A DNA stretch of 63,884 bases, filler included, from Reticulomyxa filosa (taxonomy: Eukaryota; Protista; Foraminifera), in NCBI GenBank assembly GCA_000512085.1. It is 24 parts of 24 records of this genome, joined end to end, with 100 filler letters (N's around TTAATTAATTAA, not from the genome) between each part and the next. Parts side by side here need not be neighbours in the genome. Positions count along the whole stretch, not along the records: positions 1 to 1,885 come from ASPP01025823.1; positions 1,986 to 3,662 come from ASPP01048602.1; positions 3,763 to 6,521 come from ASPP01006754.1; positions 6,622 to 8,449 come from ASPP01018915.1; positions 8,550 to 10,099 come from ASPP01002173.1; positions 10,200 to 14,425 come from ASPP01001806.1; 18 more parts are not named here. One strand, 5' to 3'. Positions 1-13,900 of this stretch are shown here, piece by piece; position 1 is the stretch's first letter; every line of letters begins with the position of its first letter. The position numbers and the translations under genes were made by a program. The notes under the pieces are model-generated. The model was given only the letters and a program-made list of their open reading frames with translations. It was not told the origin of the DNA and ran no database searches.

Positions 1-1885
1 AAGAAATATATTTGTAAAAATCAGTCGTATTTACTTGGAATGCAACACTTATATGCCTTTCTTTTAATTTTATTATAAAATATACAATACATGTTGCACA
101 AATATAGTTACATCTGAGGTTATTGCGAACAAATATTACCGGTAAGACTATTGACAAATTAACAGTCGTTTAATCAATTATGTACAAAATTTAGAGTACT
201 TGTGACTATGTTCGGTTAAAAAATTTCCGCAAACATTCGAATTTGTTCGTGTCACTATGTTGTGACGACACAAACTCTTTTTTATTTGAGGATAATCCGC
301 AATATATCTCAAGTTGGGCGTCGATAGCACAGTTTTCAGATTGTAACAGAATCATTTGAAAATGTGCTGTACTATGATTGCTTTCAAAAATAGGTGAAAA
401 CCCTAAATCACAAATTATGAGAAGACCAACACTATATTCAAAGAAAATAAACGAGTAATGTGTTTTTTACCAAATTTTTCATTGTCAAGACGTTTCTACT
501 ATTATATTGCATATAAGCAAAAATAATTGCATTTTTAATGTGTAAATTGCACAAAGAGATTAAATAGTGTCGTTTGCTACATTTTTTTGTGATGTTTGAA
601 CTTTTTCATCTTTGCTATCCAAAAAAATGCACAAACAGAAAAGAAAAAAATATCTACAAATCTTTATTAATTTGAATAATTTTTTCGATAGAATTTTCGT
701 TTTAATAAAGCATTGCTTACTTTTTAAGTTTTTTGACAATTTTTTTGAAATTTTTGCCGTTGTTGTTCTTGATTGCATTTGCGTTTTTTTTTGTAAAGAA
801 TAGCCTTCAAAACAAAAACCAACATTCGTATTATATCAATCTAAAAATGTTTAAATCTTTAGAATGATCAAACTAAAAAAAGACAAATGATTTTTTTTTT
901 ATATTTGTTTATGTTCACTTTGTCATGGCCATTACAAAACAAAAATAAAAACCGTTTTTCAAGCATCAACACTTTGACGTTGAAAAAGGTGAGTTTGTGT
1001 TTGCAAAGAAAAAAAAGTATAATATAAGCTAAAAAGGAGAACACTCGAATTAAAATGATATACTAGTGATATTGTTTTTCATTCGAATTTCTCCACACAA
1101 AACAATTGCTAAAAAAGATAAAAGGAGTTTGTACGTATATGTTTAAATATATGGACAGATTCCATCTTGTTTCAAAAAAAAAGTTTAAAAGTATATCGTA
1201 TACAAATGAATACATTTGAAACACTGATATCTTTTTTGTTTGTAAAATGAGGAAGAAACAGAAGAAATGACATTAATAAACAAACAACAAAGCAAACAAA
1301 AAAATATTAATATTTCTTTGTGTTGTTTCATAAATGCCATTTCCTTGGCTGCGCTTTGCTGGTTCAATCAACTGAATGACAATTGTAATCGTAGCTTGAT
1401 TCCGAATGTATTGAAATAGGACTGATTAGCGAAGAATTGATTGGATTGAACAAATAGACAAATAAATGGATAATTCGATGTACGAACAAATAAAAAAATG
1501 ATCAAATGAATATGGAGTGCAAATTGAAGTGCAGTTGGAGCGTGTGCGGATGAACAGAATAATTCAATTTGAGAATAGGTAATTACGTGGATTGTGTACT
1601 CCTGTGACTGTCAATATACTTTGGATACGTAGTAAGTCTAAATAATGTTTGAGATTGATATATCTTCAAATTGTGTTGATATTGATTGGATGGGCGAATG
1701 ATACATTGCTATGAATTGTGCGTTTGATTTGATCACAATATAACAAACAACAATATCAGATGCATAGATTCACGTCATAAGTATGGTTTGCTGATTTCAA
1801 TGTCATGTGCGCAATGGGAGCGAAGATAACACATGAATTAAAAATTGCATATGAACTCCAGAGTTCAATTTATTTGATTTTTTTG

Positions 1886-1985
1886 NNNNNNNNNNNNNNN
1901 NNNNNNNNNNNNNNNNNNNNNNNNNNNNNTTAATTAATTAANNNNNNNNNNNNNNNNNNNNNNNNNNNNNNNNNNNNNNNNNNNN
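1886..1985. other. Artificial contig spacer N44-TTAATTAATTAA-N44 (first of 23)
   Basis: Identical 100-bp spacer starting at 1886, 3663, 6522, 8450, 10100, 14426, 16669, 21020, 22739, 30117, 31967, 39052, 41091, 42666, 43951, 45334, 47808, 49032, 50979, 53155, 56736, 58365 and 61675. The palindromic 12-mer gives stops in all six frames; genes are cut off abruptly at spacers. Confidence 0.99.
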
Positions 1986-3662
1986 CTTATCGTAAAATCG
2001 ACGAACATGAGCAATATAATGCCCAAAATCCGAGCTACTGCCACTATGATTACATACTCCACACAACTGATAAGTTTGTGAGTTCAAAATGAATTCTTCT
2101 TTAAAGGAAACATTGTGATTGTATTTTGAAGAGCTATGCGAATAGGAATTAGTACGCGACCAAGAAGGAGAATGGGTAATAGCAGAAGTAAAATTATACT
2201 GATCAGTTTTGGCTCTTTTCAAATGAATAATCAGGTATTGTGGACCGACCAATAGTTTTTTTTGCAAAGTAATAGTACTTGTACGTTTGCAATTGCATTC
2301 AAAGTTCCAGTTCTTTCCATGTGCATATTCAATACCCAATACTTGTTGTATGCATTCATCCAATGAGTGGAGGCAGATTTCGTCTTGGTTGAACGTGGGC
2401 ATCTGTGCAAGGACATGCTCAGCGCATTGCTGTAACAGTTTGCGATCGTGCAAAGATGAATTAAGCTTGTTTGCAATAGATTTAAGACTTGAAATTTGTT
2501 CTTTGATAAAAGTGCTTTGAGAAATTTTTGTTGAAAAAATGCGATAATCGATGTCACAATAATCACAAAATTGCATCACAATTGGCAATTGTTTTAAATC
2601 ACGTGTATTTTCTTTGCCTTGCTTTTGGAGATATTCTAACAAGCCCATGATATTGTTTATGCGTTTAAGTTGCTCTTCAACAGTTGCTCTTGCATTGGCT
2701 CCACTTTTGCAAACTTGTGACTCGCTCAAAAAAAAATAAAAGTAAAATTCCCTTGCCATGGCATCACAATCACACAGCAATGTTAAGTTATACTTCTTGT
2801 TCTCGTCAATGTTGTTGTTGCAATTTGTATCGTGTTTATTGCTCGTATTACTTTTCTCATTTTGTCTGTTATTGGAATTAGAGAGGACAATAAGCAAATG
2901 TGTAGTGATTGGAAGTTTAATAGTATCATACTCGAGTAGTAATTTGTTATCCATAAATATCTTGGACACATACCAATTGGATTGTTTAAACTTGTCTGCT
3001 AAAATACTCATCAATTCTTTTCCTGTATATTTGTCCTTCTGCAATTGCAACAATGATACCATGCGCGTACGCTTGTTTAATTTGTCATTTCCTTCAATTT
3101 TGACTTCCACACATAACACATCAAACAATTGAGAGTTATACTCAGGATAATAAATGGCAAAGATACACCGCTTATAAAATTGTCCAATTTCCATGTCATC
3201 TGGAATTCTTCTGATATCCAATTCCAAAGATGACTCTGATCCCACTTGTGTCTGTGCTTTTACCTTCTCTGATATTGATCCAATATACCAATTTACACGC
3301 TTGCGGCTGATGTGCTCTTTGTAGTACTCCGTTTTTTCGGCAATAATATTTTTCAGTTTATCAATGGCCATGGTGGATGGGACTTCCAACATCAATTTTT
3401 CAAAAGTTAAAAAATCATTGTGAATGCATATAATTGGAAGGACTTGATTTCTGGATACAACTGGACAGACAAGATAACGAAATCGTTCAAATACACGAAG
3501 ACAATGCCCACAATGCTCACATTGCATGGTATTTACTTCCATTCCATCAAAGATCTGTCCAATTTTATTTGTCTGCTCTGTCATCACCTCATATAACTCT
3601 TTTCCTATTGTTAGTTCTTCTTCTTCTTTCATGGATTCCATTTTGGTTTCACGATATGTCTT
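1986..3662 (-). CDS. Ubiquitin carboxyl-terminal hydrolase (USP/peptidase C19), partial at both ends
   Basis: Open frame across the whole contig: IFDG..MQCEHCGH..FERF box, SLDECI..ECNC, PQYLIIHLKR and His box YQLCGVCNHSGSSSDFGHYIAHVR, with a long insertion between boxes as in USP4/11/15-type enzymes. Cys box lies off-contig. Confidence 0.9.
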
Positions 3663-5059
3663 NNNNNNNNNNNNNNNNNNNNNNNNNNNNNNNNNNNNNN
3701 NNNNNNTTAATTAATTAANNNNNNNNNNNNNNNNNNNNNNNNNNNNNNNNNNNNNNNNNNNNAAAAAAAACTTGCGAGAATACGTGGACGACAAAAAGTG
3801 ATTGTGCAGCGCCTTAGTCCATTGTGCCTGTGAACAAAAGGGCGGAATTTTTGAAAAATGATGAGTTTATGGAAGACGATGAGGTCAGAATTGTTGGAAT
3901 TCAGAAGAATTGCCGCTCAATTATATCGCAGAAATCAGCGCTGAACAACCTCTACAATGGACACTAGAACAGCATCAGGAGATTTGGCATTATATGAGGA
4001 ATTGTTTACGATTCTTCGTGTTCCGTGATGATTGTCCAAAATCTTGCTTTGTAGCATGTCTGTATACTTGTTGATATCTTTTTTAATTCACTCTGATGTG
4101 GTGTTGGAGCTATCTCATGGAGATACAATTTGATAATTGTGCATGCAACAATCTAACTCCTTACAGCCGAAACTCTATGAAATTTTTTTGGGGGGGGACA
4201 AATGAAAAAATAAATAAAACAACTGAGTTTGGAGTTGTTCATACTGATGGAAATTTTAATGTTTTTTTTTTGTGATCAGTGTCAGCATTGGCACAAATAA
4301 TCGGAACATTTTTCGACGAGACAACGGGATTTGGATATGGCGTGAACGATCTGTTTCGCAGATCGAGACTGCAGTCTAAACGAAGGATACGTATTGTTCA
4401 TCTGCTTGGACCTGAAGTTGAAAACACTGCAATTTGCAAAAAATTTAATCCTGTTGGATATGGTCATCCCAAGGGTAGCTTGTTTTATTTAATGTTTTTT
4501 TTTTTGAAATGGTAATATTTGAATAAATTGCTTGTCTGGCCTGACAGTGCTTGTCTTTGTTGCTTATTTTTTTCAAGATTATAGTGTAGTTATTTTCTTG
4601 CAAAAGAAATTCTACAAATTTGTAATCACTCAAATCAAAAATAAACCTACTCAAATGTTAAGTTTTTCTTAGTGTTAAATGATCCAAAATAAAAGAATTT
4701 TTGAATGAATAATGCGTGTTTAGTTTTGCTTTTTCTTCTTTGATTTGATTTTTAAGATATTACAAACATCGAGTTATGAGAAAATGGTGAGAATAACAAA
4801 AGAAATGTTTTTACATCAAAAAATTGTGAGACTGACGATTGAGTCACTCCAGTTAAGTGTTTATATTGCAAAAACATGTAGCTGTGTCTTTAAAAAAAAG
4901 AGTGTAAGCAATCTTTATTAACAGAGAAAAAAAATAAGCATTTGAAATTTTTTTTTAGGTGAGTTAATTCTGTGTGGTTTTTAGGTTTTTTTTGCTTTAA
5001 GAGTGAAAAAAAAAAGATGCTGTGCAATAATACTTAGAAACACAAGCGTTAATTCACAT

Positions 5060-6457
5060 CTATCTTCCCAATTGCCTTAAAATGTCCTGAAACTGATGGT
5101 CTTTTAGATGGATTGGTGGCAAATAATTGTCTAAAGTTTTTGTCCTTTTCCACCAATTTTTTTCAGATACATCGTCTGTAAATTGATACAAGTACATTTG
5201 CGCTCTAATAAAAGTTGGAGCCCGAGTTTTGTTGTCTGTGCCATCTCCATAAAAAGCTTTGACAAAGGATTGATCCAACAAATCTAAGGTGGCTTTTTCT
5301 GCAAGCAGTAGTTGACGCGCAAACAAAAAGATCCAAGCATTTCTCCCCGAAAAAGGGGAGTGAGGAGGGAATCCTGCAAACCATATCTGTGCACGTAAAT
5401 AATATGTGCATAAGTATACGTAACATTTTAACAATTTGTTTTTCTTCTCTCTAAACTTGCCAATCCAATCGGTAATGATAAGGAGTGATAACACAAGGTC
5501 TACGATCTAAAGGGCCAGGTTTACACTTGAATATAACTTCTGTCCACTTCGAATATTTGTTGACTTTGGAGTCATGTGTCACCTCAAAAATGACTTCATG
5601 CCTTTGCATTTCAAAAGAGAAACAAAACAAAAAATAGATTACAATTTCAAAAACGGAGTTAGTTACAAACATAAAAAAAAAAAAAAAAAAAAAGACCTTT
5701 GTGATCCTACTGTTCCAAACGCTCCATAAGTATTAACAATGCGAAAATTGTCAAATGACGTATTCATAATTTGCCCCGGAGATATCAAGTTTTCAACGAC
5801 CGGCAATGAATACACTCCAATTAACGCAGTCAACGCCAGAGCCAAACACTGGTATGCGGCATGCTTTGTACTGCTTTGTTTAGGATTGAACGCCTGAATG
5901 TAGGACCATCCACCTGTCTGTTGCTGCTTTTTATCCTCTTCCAAACAGTGGGCCTGGCATTTTAACGCAGTGGCAATTTCCTTTGGCCAAAATAAAAACC
6001 GCAAATACCGAGCAAGGAACAGATCATCCAATCCAGCCAACGCAGGGATCATTGTTAGCCAATTTAAGAATGACAAGTTGCCACTCACGATCAAAATAAG
6101 TTGAAATGTTATTTGGATGATTGCACCTAATCATAACAACAGCAACAGCAATATATATGTACGTATACATATACTAGTATTCGTCACTATCAAAAAAAAA
6201 AAGTAGAGTTATGCGTTACAAAAAAAAAAAAAAAAAGGAACCAATAAGCCAGCACTTTCGAAGTGGGACCAATAAAAGCCAGCAAGCAATCAATTCAACA
6301 AAATGATTGACAGCAACCTCGAAAACGTGAAACCAATGACTGTTATTATGCAAGTACCAACTCAGAGGGTTGGGATTGGGCTGTGTTTCGTAGTGATAAT
6401 CCATGCAAGTGAAATCCAACCAGCACTGACCCGCGCGGATTTTTATCAAACCTGCTC
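5060..6457 (-). CDS. LMF1: Lipase maturation factor family protein, 5'-partial, 4 exons
   Basis: Motifs GAGLIKIR..CW.D.TCMDYHYETQPNPNPLSWYLH, SGNLSFLNWLT, IVNTYGAFG, FKCKPG..RRPC.ITPYHYRLDWQ|IWFA, IRAQMYLYQF. GT-AG introns at 6127-6241, 5602-5696 and 5387-5456 restore the frame. Confidence 0.92.
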
Positions 6458-7053
6458 CTTTTTTATTTCGTATACGTAGGTGCAAAAGGCAAATTACAAA
6501 TAACGTATACACAAAAAAAAANNNNNNNNNNNNNNNNNNNNNNNNNNNNNNNNNNNNNNNNNNNNTTAATTAATTAANNNNNNNNNNNNNNNNNNNNNNN
6601 NNNNNNNNNNNNNNNNNNNNNGCTTTATTACCCAATTCTCAGAAGACATAAAATTAGATTGTTTTATTCTCTACCTTACCTGTTTTTCAATAAAAATTTT
6701 TCTCAGTAAAAAAAATTAATGGTAATAATATTGCAAAATATATATTAAAAGGTATTTAACATTTTTGTTGTTTGAAATGATGATCATCAATTTCGTTTTA
6801 CTTTTTTGCATGCTATAATTTAAACACAATATTGCATTCTTTGATATATTTCAACTTTGTTGCAAATTCTTAAAATTTAATTGAAGATACATAGGTATCT
6901 CTTAAAAAATAATTTCAAAAAATGTTTGTTTTCACTTAGGAAATCGGTCGTCTTTATAAGATGAAATTTTAGATGAGAATAAAGAATATTTATTTTTTAG
7001 GTTGCTCCAAATACAAACGAAAAAATTAAATAAAGAAATGAAGCTTTTTTCTA

Positions 7054-8057
7054 TTATTCTTTTTCTATTGACCACAATTTTATTGTTTTGTCAGATGAAC
7101 AAGATGCAAGCATCTTACCATTAGGTGAATACCTCACATTGGCTACATTTTTCAAATGTGGTTTCAACGAAGTAATTTTTTGAAAATTAATTGCATCCCA
7201 TAATTTAATTGTGTTATCCTTTGATGCAGATACAATAGTATGACTATATGATGTATAGTCAACAGCATTGATAACGGCTGTATGTTCTTGACATATACCG
7301 ATTTGTCTATTGGTTTTTAGATCCCATATTCGGATAGATTTGTCATATGAACCAGAGACAATGTTATAACAATCTTTTAAGTAACTAACACAAGAAACCC
7401 AATTTGAGTGCCCTTTCAATTCAGCTACTTTTCTACCATTTGATATATCCCATAATTTGACAGTCTTATCAGATGAACCAGAAATTAAATGTTTGCAATC
7501 TAAACTGTAATCTATGCAATAGATTGCATGAGAAGAATCATTAAAATTACAAACTTCTTTGCATGTGGTAGTATCCCATAACCGAATGGTTTTGTCCAGT
7601 GAGCCAGATGCAATTGTGTTGCCGTCGGGTGAACACTTTAACCCGTACACAGACTTTGAGTGCCCATTGAATGAGGCTACTTCTTTACCTTCAATATCCC
7701 ATAATTGTATTTTGTTATTCGAGCACGAAACAATGCTGTTACCAGTGGGCAAAAACTGAATTGAAGTTGCAGCATCATGTGCACAAAATTTTTTCACCTC
7801 ATCACCAGCTATAGTCCATAATCGAATGGTCTTATCATTGGAACAAGAGATTATAGTCTCTCCATTGGGAGAAAATGATATATCGGATATTTTGTTGGAA
7901 TGTCCGTTTAAAACAGAAACATTTGTTATTTTTGCTTCATGCTATGAAAATAATTGTAGTATGTATTATTTCATTGTTGTAATTGTGTAAATAAAACATA
8001 TACCAACTTTTTTTACACAAAATGTACCGTATTTGGTATAATATCTGATAGTTTCAT
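7054..8057 (-). CDS. WD40-repeat protein
   Basis: About 7-8 GH..S.D.TI.LWD repeats. Short first exon MKLSDIIPNT (8057-8028) and intron 7942-8027 join in frame to HEAKITNVSVLNGHSNK. Confidence 0.9.
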
Positions 8058-8549
8058 TTCATTGTCACTCTATTATATGTTATAAATAAGCATAATTTTG
8101 CAAATCTTTTAAAAAAAGCAAAAGAAAAAATAACGTCATTTTTGTCATGCGCTTTTGACTCAGCATAATTGTTATGAATAAACGCTCCTTCTTTAAAATT
8201 TTGAAGCAAATTTTCTTCTTCACCTTTTTGTTATTGTATTTCTAATAAATAAAAAAAACAAAAAAAAAGGAAAATACAAAACTTATTTCAAAATTAATGT
8301 AAAAGTCAAATTGATCATGCTCTAAAGCAAGTTTGATGTCTTCATCACATAATATTGAAAATCCTTTCCCATCGTTTATTTTTATTTTCAAATTATCGTT
8401 AACATTTTTAATATTTCTTTTTTTAATTTTCGAGAATAGTTCGCCAATTNNNNNNNNNNNNNNNNNNNNNNNNNNNNNNNNNNNNNNNNNNNNTTAATTA
8501 ATTAANNNNNNNNNNNNNNNNNNNNNNNNNNNNNNNNNNNNNNNNNNNN

Positions 8550-9094
8550 TTGGCATTATGTTATTTTGATTCCATTCAATGATTTCATTGTTTTCAAATC
8601 AATCACTTCAATATATCCTGGAAAATATGTGATGAACAATAAATCATCATTTATTCCACCAATCAACCCACGCACTCCTATTAAACAATCTTTAAATTTT
8701 CCAATGTTAGTATCTTGACTATGTTGTATCCAAGTATTAAAAGATTGATTTTCAGATTTGGAATCATCAATTTCCCAAACACTTTTATATTTCATTGAAA
8801 ATGTTTGTTTCATTATATTTTCGTCTTGTCCTCCAAAAGATAACAAATGAATTTCATTGGGATTGATTGTAAATAATTCAATTGAACAACACAATGTCCA
8901 TTAAATTCAACATCATTGGGATAAGAGCAGATGTGTTTGTATTCTTTTTTCAGAGTATGATAAGAGTAACAATCGTTGGTTTGTTTGCCTCCACAAATAA
9001 GAAGTTCTTCCTTGAACAAAATACATTGTGTTTCTGTAAATGGTTTTGGTAATTCAAGCAAAGTTTGAAAATAGTTGTTGACTTTAGTAGACAT
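8550..9094 (-). pseudogene. Kelch-like repeat family gene, frameshifted, 3'-partial
   Basis: FQTL.ELP.PF..TQC..ELLICGG...CYSYH..K.YK.ICSYP....GHCVV then IHLLSFGG in another frame (1-nt indel near 8875). Paralog of the gene at 32759. Pseudogene or sequencing error. Confidence 0.7.
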
Positions 9095-10942
9095 GTTAGA
9101 TGAATCTTTTTTTTTGTTTATGATGACCCTTTTTTTTTTTGGAAATAAATATTTGGATAAGAAATGATAAAGATGTTTTGTTTTAACAAATAATTGTGTA
9201 TTAATGTATAGTAATGAATTTTAAATTCAGGATTGTTTCGTTAGATGAAGAACGGGATTTGTTGATTATTTTATTTTTTTTTTTTGCACAATTTTGTGTT
9301 TACAATCAATATAAAAGTATGTCAATAATCACAAAAAAAAAGATCATGTTCTTATGGATAAGAAAGATTATTTATTTTGATTTAATTTATTTGAGCTGAA
9401 TATTATTTTTCTTTTTGATTTACATTAAATAAAAAAATCTCTTTTATTATTTCCATTGTCTGCATTTTATTGTATTATGATTCGTCATTATTGGTAAAAC
9501 TTTGGAGAAAGAACAAGTTTTTTTGGAAAAACTGAGTGTCTTTTTTATTTGTTGAACACCCGTTTGACGTGGCATCTGTCCATCAAAAATGCACAAAATT
9601 TATCTATCCCAAGCTTTTTTATGTACATTATGGATTACATTTATTTTTGAATGAAAAGAGAAAAATCAGTCTATGGTTAATTCTTCATAACATAAAAAGA
9701 ATCTGCACTAATATTCATTATTCTTCTTTTTTTTAAAGTATTCTTTTCCCAAACAGAAAATTATATGATATTACAAGAAAGTTCGTATAGGGAGATTTTT
9801 AAGCACAAAAACAAACAATTTTTGTTGTTGTAGCTTTTTCTTTCAAAATTACGTCAGTTATTGAAAGAGATTCTTAACTTAAGTGATTATCTCCTCTTTC
9901 CCATACTTTGACATACATCAACTTCAAACTTATTTCAGTCTCCTCTAGTACTTTTCCAATTACTGCAAAATATCCTTGCAACATTCTCTCTTCCCCACTA
10001 TTGAGATAAATAAATGCATTGTCCTTCAATGTTATACAAAATATCGGCTGTTAAAATGAATGGCATTGTCCAAAAGAGATAATCATTTTTTTTTTTTTTN
10101 NNNNNNNNNNNNNNNNNNNNNNNNNNNNNNNNNNNNNNNNNNNTTAATTAATTAANNNNNNNNNNNNNNNNNNNNNNNNNNNNNNNNNNNNNNNNNNNNA
10201 GAAATAAATATATAATGTATATGCGAATTGCAAAAATTTTTAACATGTTTTTTTTTTTTCTTTGTGTTGTTATTGCTATGAGTTCTTATTGATAGAATTC
10301 AGATGAAAAATCGAATAGAGGAGAAAAGGGGTACATTACATGTGACAACTGTTCTGTCAGAACTGTAAACTGTACATTTCTATGTTTCCATGTTGCTAGT
10401 TCAGCGTAATCATAGCATACGAGTATATTGATTACGCAAATGGAATTGCTAACTTCACATCAAATTTTTTTTTTCGCTTTTCGGATAGAAATTATATTTT
10501 TCTAACTTCTTTTTTACAATAGAGTTTAATTCAATGCGAGGTTATTTTACAGATCTTGCTGTTCTTGACAATATCCTCTGCAGATCATGATGCAAAAGCC
10601 ATTATCCTTGTTTACATAACCAATTTCTAATATTCTGTTTTACTGTACATGGAAGAAAATTTAATCGATGTTAAAACAATAATGCTTCTAGTATAAGTTT
10701 TTATTACATAACATTTCATTATGTAGTATGCTGTTATGCCCTTCCAATGGTTTTATGTAGTCATTTCTCAGAAATAAAATTTCAAATATTTTCTACAAGC
10801 TATACTAATTTATGTTTTAAGTTGCTTAAGAGGAACTGAACGTTGAGCCGAAAGGTTACTCAAAAACTTGTTTTAAGTTGCCTTTGTTTTTTGTGTAAGT
10901 TCTGGCGTGCTTCCTTGTGGCATAACTAAAAGACTGCTGCTA

Positions 10943-13900
10943 ATGTCAGGAAAGAAATCAGAGTATGCTGAAGAAGAATCAGAAGAATATGAGAAGAAGG
11001 TTACTTTTTTATTTTTGGTTTTAAAAAGATAACGGATTTATTATGATTTAGAATTGTGTTTTTGTGTAGTCACCAGAAGAACATGTATTAATTCGACCAG
11101 ATACTTATGTAGGATCAATAGAAAAACAAAAAAAAGAAGTATGGATATTAAATGAAACAAAAACAGAAATGATAGAAGAAACAATAGAATATGTACCAGG
11201 ATTATTTAAAATATTTGATGAAATATTAGTAAATGCAGCAGATAATAAACAAAGAGATGAAGAAATGAAAAAGATAGAAGTAACAATAAATGAAAAAGAG
11301 AAATATATAGAAATAATAAATGATGGAAAAGGATTACCAATAGGAATTCATAAAGAATATAATTGTCAAATAATAGAATTAATATTTGGTCATTTATTAA
11401 CATCATCAAATTATAATGATAAAAAAAAGAAGACAGTAGGAGGTAGAAATGGTTTTGGTGCAAAATTAACAAATATATTTTCAAAAAGATTTGAAATAGA
11501 AACAATAGATAAAATAAAAAAGAAGCGTTATGAACAAATATGGAAAAATAATATGAAAGAAAAAGAAGAAGCAAAAATAACAGATTGTAAAAATAAGAAT
11601 AGTTATACAAGAGTACGTTTTTATCCAGATTTTGAAAAATTTGGAATGATAGGATTTGAAAAAGGAATAATTAAATTAATAGAAAAACGTGTATATGATA
11701 TAGCAGGTACAACATGGTCAAAATTAAAAGTATATTTAAATGGATTATTAATTAATATTAATTCATTTGAAGAATATGTAAAATTATATTTAGGAATAAA
11801 TAAAAAAAGAATAAAGAATATTTTATATATAAAGAAAAAGATAATAATAGATGGGAAATAATAATAGGATTATCAATAGAACAAGAATATAAACAAATAA
11901 GTCATGTAAATAATATTTGGACAATGAAAGGTGGAAATCATGTAAAATATATAATAGAACAAATAATAGATTATATAAGAAATAATTATAAAACAAAAAT
12001 AAAATCAATTGGAAATATAAATGATATTAAAAATATATTAAAACCACAATTTATAAAAGATCAAATATTTATATTTATAAATTGTTTAATAGAAAATCCT
12101 AGTTTTAGTTCACAAACAAAAGAAGAAATGATATTAAAAAAAACAAATTTTGGAAGTGAATGTAATTTACCAGAAAATTTTTTAAAAAAATATTAATATC
12201 AATACGTGATAATTTAGATGATCGTATACAATTTAAGATTAAACAAGATTCAAAAAAAACAGATGGAAAAAAGAATAATAATAAAAAATTAAGATTAGAT
12301 CCAGATATTATAGATGCAAATGATGCAGGACCTGGAAGTAATTGTGTATTAATATTAGTAGAAGGTAAATCAGCAAAAAGTTATGCACTTGGTGGTGTAA
12401 GTGTTCTTCCTGGAGGAAGAAATAAATATGGAATATTTCCTTTACGAGGAAAATTATTAAATGTTAGAGATGAAAATAAACTTAAAATAAGTAAAAATAA
12501 AGAAATATCTAATTTAAAACAATTATTAGGATTAAGAGAAGATGTTAATTATAATGATTTAAATATATTTGAAACATTAAGATATGAAAAAATAATGATA
12601 ATGACAGATCAAGATTATGATGGAAGTCATATAAAAGGATTAATTATAAATTATTTTCATAATGGATGGCCAGAATTAATAATAAAGAATGGTTTTTTAA
12701 CACAATTTATAACACCAATAGTTATGGTATCAAAAAAACATAACAATAATAATAATAATAAAATATCTTTTTATACTATTCCAGAATATGAAATATGGAA
12801 ACAATTACATAATAATGGAAAAGGTTGGATTATTGAATATTATAAAGGACTTGGTACTTGGGAAATATCACAAGGAAAACAACATTTTAAACAATTAAAA
12901 CAACATTGTATTGAATTTAAATATAAAGATATTAAAGATGATGAATCATTAATTAAAGCATTTGATAAAAAAAAAGCTGCTGATAGAAAACAATGGTTAG
13001 CAGAATATCGTTCTGGTACTTATCTAAATTTTAAAGAAAATGTTTATTATCAAGATTTTGTAAATAAAGAATTAATATTATATGCTATTGAAGATAATAA
13101 AAGAAGTATTCCTTCTATTATTGATGGATTTAAACCTTCACAAAGAAAAATTATTTATTCATGCTTTTTACGTAAATTAATTAATAAAATTCGTGTTGCA
13201 CAATTATCTGGTTATGTTTCTGAAAAAACAGCATATCATCATGGAGAAGCAAGTTTATGTCAAACTATTATTGGTTTAGCACAAAATTTTGTTGGTTCAA
13301 ATAATATTAATTTATTACAACCAAAAGGATTTTTTGGAACACGTTTAAAAGGTGGTAAAGATTCTAGTCAACCACGTTATATTTATACTAATCTTACAAA
13401 AATAACAAGAAATATTTTTATTTCACATGATGATTCTATTCTTAATTATTTAGATGATGATGGATTTCCAGTAGAACCTGATTTTTATATTCCTATTATA
13501 CCAATGATACTTGTTAATGGTGCACAAGGTATTGGTAATGGTTATAGTACTTTTATACCTAATTTTAATCCAAAAGATATTATTCATAATATTCGTACCA
13601 AATTAAATCATACAAATCATTCATGGAATTTTATGATACCATGGTATCGTGGTTCTACTAGTCCTATTTTAACTATTTTTCCAAAAGATAATATTAATCA
13701 TATTGGTGTTAATTTTAGAACTATTGGAAATTGTCAAATTTCTATTCTTAATCAAGATAAAGCAAGAATTCAAATTACTGAATTACCTATTGGTATGTGG
13801 ACTGAAACTTATCATGAATTTTTATATGATTTAGAAGAAAATGGTTCTATTGATTCTTTTCGAAATTTAAGTAGTGATGTTGATGTTTTATTTGAAGTAG

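Noticed and set aside
1-1885. Short ORFs in the first contig
   Set aside because: Low-complexity, F/K-rich, no motifs; treated as non-coding or unrecognisable.
3763-4515. Coding-like stretch on + strand (ORF 4279-4515)
   Set aside because: Broken frames and no recognisable family; cannot support a call.
11206-12008. Antisense ORFs over TOP2 (and similar over RasGEF, myotubularin, WDR5 and the N-rich gene)
   Set aside because: Shadows of biased codon usage and trinucleotide repeats on the real coding strand.
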